Origin: Lama guanicoe
Lineage: Eukaryota
Length of the DNA stretch: 64,000 nucleotides
NCBI GenBank assembly: GCA_013239625.1
Contig: MU054323.1
Location: 11,553,815 to 11,617,814 of the forward strand
Direction: 5' to 3'
Positions 38,401 to 50,835 of the stretch are shown here, piece by piece (position 1 is the first letter of the stretch; each line of letters opens with the position of its first letter). Below the pieces are notes generated by a model, which saw only the letters and a list, made by a program, of their open reading frames with translations, did no database searches and was not told the DNA's origin. The position numbers and the translations under genes are program-made.

Positions 38401-41046
38401 ACGTACTTTCACATTCATCTGTGTGTGTGTGTGGCAGGGGAAGTCAAGTCAACAAAGTGGGATGGTTTTTCTTAGTGCCAAGAAGTGTGATGTGTAGGCT
38501 CACCCAGCTTGAGTGCTGGGCTGTGGACTGTGTTCTGGACAGATTAGGAACTGCCTGAGTCACGCTCTTAGACTCAGAGCAACAGGTAACAAATCTAACA
38601 CTATCCGCAAGAGGAGCACTAATAAACACTCAAGTTTTCAAACCCAAGTGTCCCACTCTACCACGTACTTATTGTAAAATTTTGGACAAGCTACTTAACA
38701 CCAAGCCTGTTTCCTTACTCCAAAATGGTGATAATAATAGAATCTGACTCATGGGCCATCTTGAGAATTAAAAAAAAAAAAAAAAGCAAAGGCGGGTGAA
38801 CTGCTTACTACTAAGTCTGATTCACAGTAACTTTGCAATAAAGAGTGGCTGTTATTTAGTAAAGCCAGACGTGGTACCTGGCTGGTGGGAGTTCAGGAGA
38901 ACCAGGTTAGGAGAGAGACAGGGACTTCTCAGGTGGAAACTATGGACTCTTATGGGAAGGATAAAGGTGATGCCCCAGGCCAGGGAAGCAGAGCTTGACA
39001 ATGATGAAGAGAACGTCCGGAAAGGGAAATGAAACTCATCTTCCTTCATTTCTTAAAGTTCTGTTTCAATAACAAGTAAGTCTACATACTGCAGTATTGC
39101 CTGAAGAAAGCAACAGAGACTAACATGATGTATGTTTCTGGTGTTGTCATATGCTGCCAACCCAAGAAAGACAGAGGCATTTGTCCAAGGAGAAATGAGC
39201 TTTGCTACCTATGTGGAAACCTCTGTAATGGGTGGGCTGAAGGGAGATGGACCCCTTTGTGGCCCTCTGGTTTGATGGCCGTGGTGGGGCAAGACTGGGG
39301 AAGCCCAAGTCCTGCTTGTGCTGAGGGAGCAGGAAGCCAGCACTCTGACAGATGTGTGTCCGTGCCAGGGCAGGGGCACTGGGGGCTGCTCTGTCCCTTC
39401 CAATGTTCTGGCATCCGTCAGGGTAAGCTCCATCAGTGGGCACCCATGTCCATGAAAGCACAGTCCGAGGGTGGTCACTGTCATTGCAGCCTGAGGAAGG
39501 TGCATGAACCAGAACTGTCTTGACACTACAGATGGGTGAGGCGACAGGATAGAAGACTGTTACTGCTTGCTTCCTCAGTACAGACACTCTCAGAAATTGG
39601 AGGCAAGGAGGCGTAGGTCAGTCAATGCGTGTGAGTGGGCTAGGGCGGAGCAGGGTAAGCTTACCCCTACTTTCATTTTTGAGCTATCCCAGGGGCCTGT
39701 AGAAAACCCTTCCTTCTTCCTGAAAGGTGAAAAACGGGGTGGAGTAGGGACAGGTACAGATAAGATGGGTTCCAAGTTGGTGCAGAATGGCTTGAAGAGA
39801 GAGAGGAAAGGCATTTGGTAACCGGGTGGGGAAATGATGGTCTTGCCCAGAAAAATCAGTGACTGACCTTGTCAGTGAGCAGACCTTGGGGAGGAAGAGG
39901 CAGGGTGCCCAGGCCAAAGATCGATAAGCAGGTTCCTACAGGGACTAGGAAGACACTGAACCTGGTGGCAGGACCAACCCAAATTCACATGGGGCTGCGG
40001 CAGGACTGCTTGGTTTGAGTCATTTGTCTGAAAAGAGCCGGAGCCCAGTCAAGCCAGCGCAGCTTCTGCCCATGGGTTTCTGGGCTTCCCCATCTGTCCC
40101 CCAACGTAATGAACAAGAAAATTCACTAAAAAGGATGTCTATGCTCATCTGATGGGATGGAAAGAAAGGGATGTCCTGAAGAGACTGTCTCCATCTAAGC
40201 CAGTCTTGGGGTGACCAAAGGAGCTACAACAGAGCAGATAAATGAATCCCCAGAAAAAAAAAAGGAGAGCAGTGGGGGCCTTAGAGAAAAAAGAAAGGGG
40301 AAACCCTGGGTCTGAATCAGCAGAAAATTTGCATGGTGCTCTTTATGGGGCTGCTAACTGCCCACTGACACACTGTCTAGGAAGATAATCAAAGTAATTT
40401 CATTAATATGAATGATGGCATCCTCATAAAGTAACTGAATGAGGAAGTTAAAACTGCCGAGTACTGTGTCTGAGGAATACACAGAGGCCGCGTGAAGATC
40501 AGGCTCAGAGATGCCAGTTGTGACCCCAAAAATCGTCCTCCTTGATAGAGATGCTACTGGGGAGGTGTGTATAAGCCTATTAATATCTATTTTTATCCAC
40601 CTTCGAGCCATACTTACACCATTAGACAATGGGCCAAGCGGGAAGATAAGTATCGTGTGCTCGGGGGCAAATTCTGCATCTGAACAATCAAGCTTGATTC
40701 ATTTCTTGTTCACTCATCATGGTAACCTTTTATTATGCAAAACTGTCGATTGAATGGCACAACACAAAAAAAGAAAAAATATTTGGGGCAATTCACCAGC
40801 CATGTTTACCAGAGCTACTAAAAGGGAAAAAAAGAAAACAAAACAAAAAAACTAACTAGAAAGAATTTGCTGAAGAGGATTCTCAGGCTCTGCTCAGATC
40901 CTCCTTGGCGAGCTGATCTGGTCATGAGGAACTGAACTCCTGCTCCAGTGTGCCAGGAGCAGGTGAGCAGGCCTTTGCTGCAAAGAAAGCAAAGCTTTTC
41001 TATCAGCTAACTGGTATAAAGAACAAGTTCCCTGGAAACGAGCTCT

Positions 41047-41640
41047 CAGTAGCAGTTCTCAAACTTAAGTGCACAAGATTCATTGAGAGGGGACGCTGGG
41101 GGTGTGTTAAAAAACGTGGATTTCCAGGCCTCACCCCATAGATTTCTGTTTAGTAGGTCTCTGGGGTGGGGCCAGAGAATCTACAGGTTTGATTGAGACG
41201 CCTGTCTCAGGGGAGCATGCATTGAGAGTGAATCCCTGCAGTAGCCCTGGTTGAGGCTGGTCCACTACTTAGAAAAGGCATCCTCCTCATCACATGCACA
41301 CATGGGCCCTGCTGGCACACTGGTGCTGTCAGAGGGGTCTCCCAGCCTTCACAGAGACCCCTCTGCCAGCTCAGCCCTGGGCCCAGTGAATGATCTTCAG
41401 TGGTAAGTCAGTGCCCGTCCAGCAGAGGGCAGAGTAAACGTGTCTGACAGCTAAATGATTTGCCATTCTGTCTGTGCATTAGAATCACCTGGGAAGATTT
41501 AAAAACCACTCTTGGGCCCTACCCCTGACCAGTCAAGTCAGAATCTCAGGGTTGAGTGAGAGTGCTCCTGGTAATAATGTATTTGAAAAGATCCTTGTGT
41601 GATTCTAGTGTTCAGCCACGATTGAGAGGCACGGGTTTAG
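41047..41640. mobile_element. Two MER5-type hAT-Charlie fragments (about 41047-41190 and 41470-41640)
   Basis: GCAGTTCTCAAACTTAAGTGCA...GATTTCTGTTTAGTAGGTCT...GGGGTGGGGCC; GCATTAGAATCACCTGGGAAG...GTGATTCTAGTGTTCAGCCACGATTGAGA. Confidence 0.7.
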
Positions 41641-41924
41641 TCTCTTTCTCACTTCCTGGGTCATTTTCTACTGTCTCTCTTATGAGTGGGGATACTTCCA
41701 ATAGTTCAGTGCTTGGACCACACCTCTCGCTATCTAAAGGCCCCTGTTCTGCCACCCTATCCAGGCCTGCTCTTTCTCAGAGAGCACTGTGCCTCCCCTA
41801 TACACACTCCTCTTTTCCCTCAGGGCGGTGCTAGGGGAGCACCCGGTCTTCAGGAGTCCTAGAGGGAAGGTGTGCATTTCTGTACCCCCTTCCTTCACAG
41901 TGTGTCAATGACTCATGGTCTAAT

Positions 41925-42340
41925 GGTCTTAGAGCAAGTTCCAGAGAAACAGACTGAGAAGATTTATGTGTATAGGGTTTACTGGGGAGTGTTGCTGGGA
42001 TCAGTGCTTGTAAGGGAATGAAGGAAGAAGTCCAGGATAGAGAGGGGTTATGGACAGAAGAAAATGGGTGCAGGCCATTGCCACAAAGGTCTCAGCTAAC
42101 CCCATGGGCAGGTCTAGACTCTGGCCCTTCAGAATTATCCCACTTTGAAGCAAGGGGCAAGCTGCCTTTGGGGAGAGGGCATGACCTCAGATGAGGTTGA
42201 TTCTCTTCAGTCAAGGGTGGCTCAGGGAAATGCCTGGAGAGGGACTCAGTTGAGAGTCTTCAGTTGTCAACTTGCCCAGCAGGAAGGGAATGACATTTAG
42301 GTCTCAGTCCTGAATGAGCATCTCATCATCCATTACACCA
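41925..42340 (-). mobile_element. ERVL LTR16-type solo LTR
   Basis: GTCTTAGAGCAAGTTCCAGAGAAACAGACTGAGA...GTTTACTGGGGAGTG, typical of the reversed LTR16 3' end. Confidence 0.5.
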
Positions 42341-43677
42341 ACTTTAAAGTGGGGCTGATGAATGAGTACCTTGTGGAGTCTCTGAGGATTTAATGCAGTG
42401 GGCAAGCAAGTATCTGCAGCGATGGAGTATGCGTGAGCTGAGCCGTGCCCACCTGGGCTCTCTCTCTACCTTCTCTGACCCCTCAGGACACTCAGGACAC
42501 TCTGACCCCTCAGTGGTAATGTCTCTGGGTGCTGCCCCACATTTAGCCCTGGACTTCGTTGATTCTCAGATTCCTCCTTTTCTCACTGGAGTGCCAAGAA
42601 GTGCCTTGACCAATTTTCCTTTCATTGGTGACCTGGCAAGAGGGGGATTATAATTTGGAGAGAGTGTGATAATGGTAAATAAGACACCTCCTCGATCCTC
42701 TTGGGCCTGAAGAAACCCCAGAGTCAATGTGGAGAACAACCACCCGTGGAGCCAAAGAATTGACTCAAACTGGATTTCTGCTTCATCAATGGGGTTACAC
42801 TCGCCCAAATGATATTTGTTATGAGGCTGATTAAACCAGCCTTAGCAAAATTCTGTGAGACTATCAAATGAAAAAAAAAAGTGGGGCTCAAAATAATATA
42901 CTCAATATGATTTCAACTATGCTATACAATGGTTCAGGAAAATTCCGGAAGTAAAAATCACAAGCTGGCACAGTAACTGCCTCTGAATGGTAAGACTGTG
43001 GTTGATTGTTTTCATGCCTTCTTTACATGTTTCTACAGTTTTAAGTTTTTCCACAGTGAGCAGGGGTTGGGGAAAGAAAAGGAAAAAAAGTGGAAAATGC
43101 ACTCCTCCCACGGGGAACACACATGCCAGTGTTTCCCACTGGCTTCTCCCACGGGTGATGGGCCTGTAGGGGGCATGCAAAGCTGGATGTCCATCTAACT
43201 CAGACTCAAATGTCTGTGTGAAGAGATGCTAGCAAAGCAGAAACCTGTGCTAGTAAGTGCTTGGAGTCTGGGTGCTGAGTGCTTTGGGGGAGCCCTCATT
43301 GTCAGCTTCAGAATGCCTGCTGTGTGGGGTGGGTTTCCCAGCCCACACAGGATAATTTTGTCACCAAGGACATTTGTAGTTCTGCAGACAAGTGTCATTT
43401 CACTGGTTTCAAGTTGTTTTCAAGTGACTTAACCTGTTACTGAGAGAGTCCTTAGTAGAGAGCCAGGCACACAGGGACTGAACATCAAATGGAAAAGTTT
43501 TGATGAAGGGGAAGAGATATTCTAAGCCTAGAGGATTTTAGAGCTAGAAGGCAGTCTTAAGATAACCTGTTCTACCCCTTCGTTTTATAGGGGAGCCCTG
43601 GAAAGGTTCATAAGAAGCCTGGGTCTGACTCCTGTCTGAATTGAGACCAACATTCTGCAACTATAGGCTGTTGGAAT

Positions 43678-44081
43678 GTGTTGTGGGTTGAACTATCTGC
43701 TCTAATATAAATGTTGGGCTCCTAACCCCTAGTACCTCAGAATGTAACCTAATCTGGATAGATGGTGATCAAGTTAAGTTGAGGTCATTCAGGTGGGCCC
43801 AAATCTAACGTAATTGGTGTCTTTAGAAAAGAGGAAATTTTGGATGCAGAGACAGATATGCATATAGGGAGAACGCCGTGTGGAGACTGGAGTTACCTCT
43901 GCCCAAAACAAGGAAATACCAGAAGCTATAAAAGAATCCTGGAACAGATCTTGCTGAGTGCCTTCAGAGACATCCTGATCTCTGACTTCTAATCTCAGAA
44001 CTATAAGGAAATAAATTTCTGATGTTTAAACCACTCAGTTTGTGGTATTTTTATTACAGCAAATCCTGGCAAATTAACATA
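43678..44081 (+). mobile_element. MaLR MLT1 (B/C-like) solo LTR
   Basis: TGTTGTGGGTTGAAC...CCTAACCCCTAGTACCTCAGAATGTAACCT...AAATAAATTTCTGATGTTTAAACCACTCAGTTTGTGGTATT. Confidence 0.85.
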
Positions 44082-45184
44082 GAAAGTTGTCAGAAGAAGG
44101 ACTTACAATGTTGGCCCTACTGGCTAGAAGAGGAGAACCTACGAATTTCAATAATCTAGGTCAACCCTGTACCTCATGACCATTAACTGAGGTTGGGACA
44201 TTCACTCATAGAAAACTAGATTATTTGCTGCAAATCTGGAAACTCAGCTGATAACCCAAACATCTGAGAAACTAAATATTGTCTGTGGTTTGGAACAGCT
44301 ACAGCACAGCATGTCCTTCAAGAGATTGCCCTGTCTCCACAGAATGTGGCTGACTCTGGACCAGGAGAGAAGAGCTCAAGTCTGAGTTATGAAATACAAG
44401 GATTGGACTTGCTTCTGTTCCTTATTGAATTTCAAAGACAAGTTTCATTCACAGACCCCAATAAGCTCCCAAATGCCATTAACTAAGGAATCAATCTGAA
44501 CTGGCTTAACCCAATGACCAGGTGTGTTAGCATGAGAAACAAGAGAAAGGCAGATGATGAATAAAATGCAAGAAGTATAGTTCCTTTCCCATTTTTAGTT
44601 GAAGCTTTTCTCGAATCCCTGCAGTTCAGTACCTGAGTTCTTTCTATTAGTAAGAAGTGAGGTGTAGGGATGCTTGGCTCTGAGAGATGCTGTCTGGTCA
44701 GGACCAGTCTTGGAGATAAGGAATTCAGACCAACTGTGCTTTCTCTCCTTTCCTTCTTTAGCTTGCTTGTTGCATTGGATCTCACAGAGCAGTGAGGAGC
44801 CCCTGGGTGAGAAACTGCCTTTTCCCCAGATACCTTTGTTTCCAGGAATGTGGTCTGAAATTCTAATCTGTTGATACCTTTATTAAATATACTGATTTAG
44901 CCAGAAAAATGCCATACCATCACTATGGAGAAAGAATTAGTTCTGACGACTGAAAAGCAACTTGGAACTTGAAGGTGTGTGTCCATGAGGATGCACCTGT
45001 ATGTAAGGCAATGTGCAACCCTGAAAGAGCCCTGGCCTGGAACATGGGAGATGGAAGAGATTAAGCCATTTTAAAAGATGTTTTCTTAAAAAAAAATCAG
45101 TGGCACTGTTTCTTCAAATTTTAATTGGAAGTCAAAATAAATAAAAATTAGTAATTAAAAAAACGGAGTTGCTCTGTTTAAAAA

Positions 45185-45850
45185 AATGGCTAAAAGACTT
45201 GATTAGACATTTATCCAAAAAAGAGGTATAAATGGCTAAGATGCACAAGAATAGGTGTTCAACATTATTAGTCATTAAGGAAGGGAAAATCAAAGTGGCA
45301 GTGAGATACTACTTTACATTCATCAGAATGGCTATTATCAAAAAGCCAGAAAGTACTAACTACGGGCAAGGATTTGGAAAAATTGGAACCCTTGTGCACT
45401 GATGGTGGTAGTGTAAAATAGTGTACTCACTAGAGAAAACCGTTGGGAGGTTCCTTAAAAAATTAAATATGGAAATACCATATGATCCAGCAATTCCACT
45501 TCTGGGTATATATTCAAAAGAAGTAAAAGCCAGGGACTCAAACAGAACCCATCTTCATAGCAATGTTATCACCAAATGGTCATAGAAGGCCATTTAATGG
45601 CTACAGAAGGAAGTAACCCAAAAGTCCATTGAAGAATAAATGGATTTTTTAAGAGGTACATACACATGATGGGATATTCATCAGTCTTAAAAGGAAAGGA
45701 CATTTTGACATATGCTCCAACTTGAAGACATTATGGTAAGTGACATAAGCCAGTCTCAATAGGGCAAATGGTGTATGATTCCACTTCTGTGAGGTACACT
45801 GAGTGGTCAGTTTTATGGTATGTGCATGTTACCATGAAACAAAATTTAAG
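45185..45850 (+). mobile_element. L1 (L1MB-like) 3' fragment
   Basis: AATGGCTAAAAGACTTGATTAGACATT...CCATATGATCCAGCAATTCCACTTCTGGGTATAT. Confidence 0.85.
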
Positions 45851-46219
45851 TTTACAACAAAAGAGCTGCTCTGACTGAATTGTGAAATCTGATTTATGCA
45901 TTTGGGCTTTCAAATAATATTCCCCCCTCTTTTTCCCACCCCAGATGCAAGGTCCCTGAAGCACCTCGGAGGAATCCAAAAGGAATCAGGAGCACAGCTT
46001 AGTAACCCTGGACTCCAGAACCCAGACGTTCATCCCAGCGCTGTCCTCACAGGAGTTCAGGATACTCAGGAGAATTTCTGCCCCCTGGGGCATTTTGCCC
46101 TCTGGGATGGGGCATCAAAACTGCAACCAGGACCTTCCCTTCTCCACCCTGTCCTCCTCTTCCACCTTCTCCAGCTAACAAAAGCAAAGTTTTAGATTTC
46201 AAGTTACAAAACAGTATAA

Positions 46220-46762
46220 AGAATGTTTACAGCAGCACTATTTACAATAGCCAAGACGTGGAAACAACCCAAATGTTCATCGACAGATGACTGGATAAAG
46301 AAGATGTCATATATACACATATACATACATACATACATACATACATACAGTGGAATACTATTCAGCCATAACAAAGAATAAAATAATGCCAACGCAGCAA
46401 CATGGATGGCCCTGGAGATCATCATTCTAAGTGAACTAAGCCAGAAAGAGAAAGAAAAACGCCATATGATATTGCTTATATGTGGAATCTGAAAAAAAAG
46501 GACACAAATGAACTTATCTACAAAACAGAAACAGACTCACAGACACGGAGAACAAACTTATGGTTACCAGGGGATAAATGGGGTGGGAAGGGATAAATTG
46601 GGAATTCAAAAATTTTGAGGAGTGATGGAAATATTTGCTATCTTGATTGTGGTAGTGGTTTCATTGATGTATACATTTATCAAAATTCATCAAATTGTAT
46701 ATCTGAAATATATGTAGTTTACTGTACAGGAACCATACCACAATAAAGGCGTTAAAAAAAAC
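46220..46762 (+). mobile_element. L1 3' end: young family joined to an older-type L1 terminus; contains (TACA)n
   Basis: AATGTTTACAGCAGCACTATTTACAATAGCCAAGACGTGGAAACAACCC... then from about 46610 GTGATGGAAATATTTGCTATCTTGATTGTGG...AATAAAG...AAAAAAA. Confidence 0.8.
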
Positions 46763-48065
46763 ACACTGAACATGGCATTTCAAAACTGTACCTTTAAGTA
46801 TAATATAAATTATGCCCCATTTAAAAAAGAATTGCTAAAATGAAAAAAAAAGAATTATAAGAAATAAAACAACCATTCTTAAGAAATTCGCTGTCTAAAG
46901 TGATCTAAAGTCTACCATAAGACTACCCTTACTATGCGAAGAGCTTAAGATCTTAAAGCAGCCACACCTATTCCTGAGAAATGCTTATGTGGTTAGTAGA
47001 TATCTCTATGTCTATCTCTATATCTACATCTATTTGAGTCTGGTTCATCATTTAGATAAATGTTCCCTCCTCTTATAACCAGGTTGATCACCGCAGGGCC
47101 TGCCAACAGTTTGATCTTGACCCTTCAGGGACTTGCATAATTTGCTTTTTCCTGGTTGAACCTGAGGTAAAACTGGCTATGACATGGGATCAAGGGAATT
47201 TCTCTTAATTTCAAATTTTTATGAGAGGCTGTAGCTTCTAGAAGGCTTCATTTCAATGATTTTTTTTTAATAAAGGAGCAAGAGAGTGAGTTTAAGAATG
47301 ATGACTCACAGGGTTGTGCTCAATGGAAATCCTTCTGAAAGAAACTTTTATTTTACCTTATTTTATTTTATTCTGTTATTTTATTTGAAAAGATAAGTTT
47401 GCCAGACTGAATTTGGATGTAGCTTGGAAACCTGCCTATTATGATAGAGATATAGTAGGCAGATTTCCCCATGGGCAATGTTTCATCTCTAAAACTTGTT
47501 TTAAAATGTGTTTTTAATCTATATGTTTCCTCAGGAGAATACTATGCAGACAGTAAGATATAACACTAGTTAACATGCAGGCAATCCCCTTCTAAATGTC
47601 AAACTATCTGCTTTTGTGATGATTCCATGTGTTTGGGGTTATCTACATGTATAATCCCTTAAATGAAAAAGCAAAGAGGACTTTGTTTTGTAGAAAACTA
47701 ATCTGAAGGGGGCTTGTAATTCAGGAAAGTCGGCTCAGTGTTATTTGTGAAATATATCCAGAAATTTATTTCTGTCGGTTTATCATTGTCTTTCAGTGTT
47801 TGTATGTATATTTAAATGCTAACTTCATCAGAAAGTGTTCAGGTGAGTCATGTCAAATGCAGTCAGTCAAGGAGAGCTTCCAGGAGGAGGCAAAACATGT
47901 AGGCAGTGATTTCAGGAGAAGAGACATGGTTCACCAGGGACAAGAAGGGGAGGATTTTCCAGAAAAGAGAGAAAGTCCAAGGATGATGAGTAGCAAGTTG
48001 GTTTGTCTGAATTAAACAGAATCCAATGCAATGGGAACAAAGGGCCTTCTCTAAAGGCATGAACA

Positions 48066-50835
48066 CTGGAAGGTCAACCAAAATGGTAACGTAGGAGTTT
48101 TTGGACTCCCTCCTCCTACAGACGCATTGAATAAACAATCTACACACAGAGCAATTACCTCTGAAAGAAATCCAGAAACTAGCTGAGAAACTCCTATACA
48201 TCAGGTGAATGAGATAGGAAAGGCTGAGACACACTCTTGTTATAAACCTCACACCTGGCATAGCATCATACAATTGGGAAGGAACTCCCAACTCCCAGAT
48301 TTTCTGTGAGACACTGGGACCCCACATTTACTGCTCCAACTTCTAAAACTTCTACTTGAGCAATAAGGTCCCAAAACATCTGGCTCTGAAACCCAAGGAG
48401 GCTTGTATCCAGAAGACTTATAGGACTGTAACAAAGGTGCAGTCGTTAACAGGCATGCCGGCACTCTCCACACTCTCCAGGACTACTCCCATAGGGTTAG
48501 TACAGAGGGAGCAAAGGAAATTGCCCATATGCCCATTACCCATATGCTAAATATATGCTGCTTACAAGAGACTCAGTTTAACTTACTGGATACAGTAGAC
48601 TGAAAATGAAAAAGATAGTCTATGCAAATGAAAACCAAAAGAAAGCAGAAGTAGCTATACTTACATTAAACAAAACAGACTTTAAGCCAAATACAGTAAT
48701 AAGAAACAAAGAAGTCCACTATATAATGATAAAGGGCCTAATTCATCAAGAAGATATAATATTAGTAAATATTTATGCATCCAGAGGAACACCTACATAT
48801 ATAAAGCAAATATTAAAAGACCTAAAGAGAGAAATAGAAACAATAATAGTAAGGGACTTAAATACCTCACTTTCGTCAATGAATAGATCATCTAGACAGA
48901 AAATTAATATGGAAATATTAAACATGTTAGATCAGATGAACCTAACAAACATTTACAGGCCATTCCATCCAAAAGCAACAGAATATACATTCTTCTCAGG
49001 CACACATGGAACATTCTCCAGGATAGATCATATGTTAGGCTACAAAACAAGGCTTAATATAAATTTTAGAACACTGAGACCAAATCAAGCATCTTTTCTA
49101 ACCATAATGGTATAAAATTAGAAATCAATTACAAGAACAAAACTGGAAAATACACAAATATGTGGCGATTAAACAATATGCTTCTGAACAAGCAATGCCT
49201 CAAAGATGAAAACAAAAGAGAAATTGAAAAATCTTGATATTAGCTGAAACTATTGTGAGAATCATTTCACTATATATATATAGTTTATATATATATATAT
49301 ATATATATGTAAACATGCTGTATGCCTTAAACTTATAAGGTGATGTATGTTAATTATTTCTTAATAAACATGAAAAAAGAAAATATATCATAAGACAAAT
49401 TAAAATGGAAACACAGCATACCAAAAGTAGTGAGATTCAGCAAACCCAGTTCTAAGGTGGAAGTATAAAGTAATAAATGACTACATTACGAAAGAAGAAA
49501 GATCTCAAATAAACAGAGTTTACACCTCAAGGAACTAGAAAAGGAAGAACAAACTAAGCCCGAAGTTAAGAGAAGGAAGGAAATAACAAAGAGTAGAGTG
49601 GAAATAAATAAAATAATAAAAAGACGATAGGGAAACCTCAGTGAAACTAAAATCTATTGTTTTGAAAAGATAAACAAAATTGACAAAACTTTCGGTAGAT
49701 TTAACAAGAAAAAAGAGGACTCAAATGACTAAAATTTTAAACAAAAGAGGAGACATTAGAATTGATACCACAGAGATACAAACGATTATAAGAGACTGCT
49801 ATGGATAAGTATATGCCAACAAACTGGAAAACCTAGGAGAACTGGATAAACTTCCAGAAACATACAAGCTTCTAAGATTTAATCATGAATAAATAGGAAA
49901 TGTGAACAGACCAATTGCTAGCAAGGAGATTGAATCAGTAATCAAAACCTCTCAACAAACAAAAGTGCAGGACCAGATGGCTTCACTGGTGAATTCTACC
50001 AAACATTTAAAGAACACCAATCCTTCTCACAATCTTCCAAAAACTGAAAGAGAAAGGAACGCTTCCAAACTCCTTTCACAAGGCTGGCATTACCCTGATA
50101 TGAGAGCTGGACAAGGAAACTACAAAAAATGAAAACTACAGGCCAACGTCCCTGAGGAACATAGATGCAGTCTGAATATAACACCAAAAGCACAAGCAAT
50201 TAAGAGCTTCCGCATAGCAAAAGAAACAGTCAACAAAATGAAACAGCAACCTATGAAATAGGAAAAATATTTACAAATCATGTATCTGATAAAGGGTTAA
50301 TATTCAAAATATAGAAAGAATTCATACAAATCAGTAGCAAATCCCTCAAACAACCCAGTTAAAAAATAAGCAGAGAAATTGAACAGACATTTTTCCAAAG
50401 AAGACATCCAAATGGCCAACAGGGACATGAAAAGAATCTTGACATCAATAATCATCAGGAAAATGCAAATCAAAATCACAAAGAGATATCACTTTACACT
50501 TTAAGGAAGGAAATCTGACACATGTTACAACACGAATGAACCTCGAGGATGTTATGCTAAGCGAAATAAGCCAGTGACAAAAGCACGTATAGGTTTCCAC
50601 GTCTATGAGGAAACTAGAATAGTCAAATTCACAAAGACAGAAAGGAGAATGGTGGTTACCAGTGATCAGGGGAGAGGGCAATGGGGAGTCAATGTTTAAT
50701 GGGCAGAGAGTTTCAGTTTTGCAAGATGAAAAGAGTTCTGGAGTTGGATGGTAGTGATGGTTGCATAGCCATGTGAATGTACTTAATGTCACTGAATTGT
50801 ACACTTAAAAATGGTTAAGATGGTAAATTATATAT
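48066..50835 (+). mobile_element. L1 with 5' region, ORF2 endonuclease remnant (ORF 48606-49115) and L1MB-type 3' end; large internal deletions
   Basis: The ORF reads ANENQKKAEVAIL...TDFK...HYIMIKG.IHQEDI..VNIYA...EYTFFSGTHGTFSRIDHMLG, the L1 APE-like endonuclease. The 3' UTR motif is typical of L1MB. Confidence 0.92.

Noticed and set aside
42474..42512. Short direct repeat CTCTGACCCCTCAG with GGACACTC duplication
   Set aside because: Small slippage duplication; not an array and no functional clue.
48606..49115. 169-aa endonuclease-like ORF as a functional or domesticated gene
   Set aside because: Ordinary L1 ORF2 remnant with deletions, a frameshifted end and stops in the flanking ORF2 sequence.
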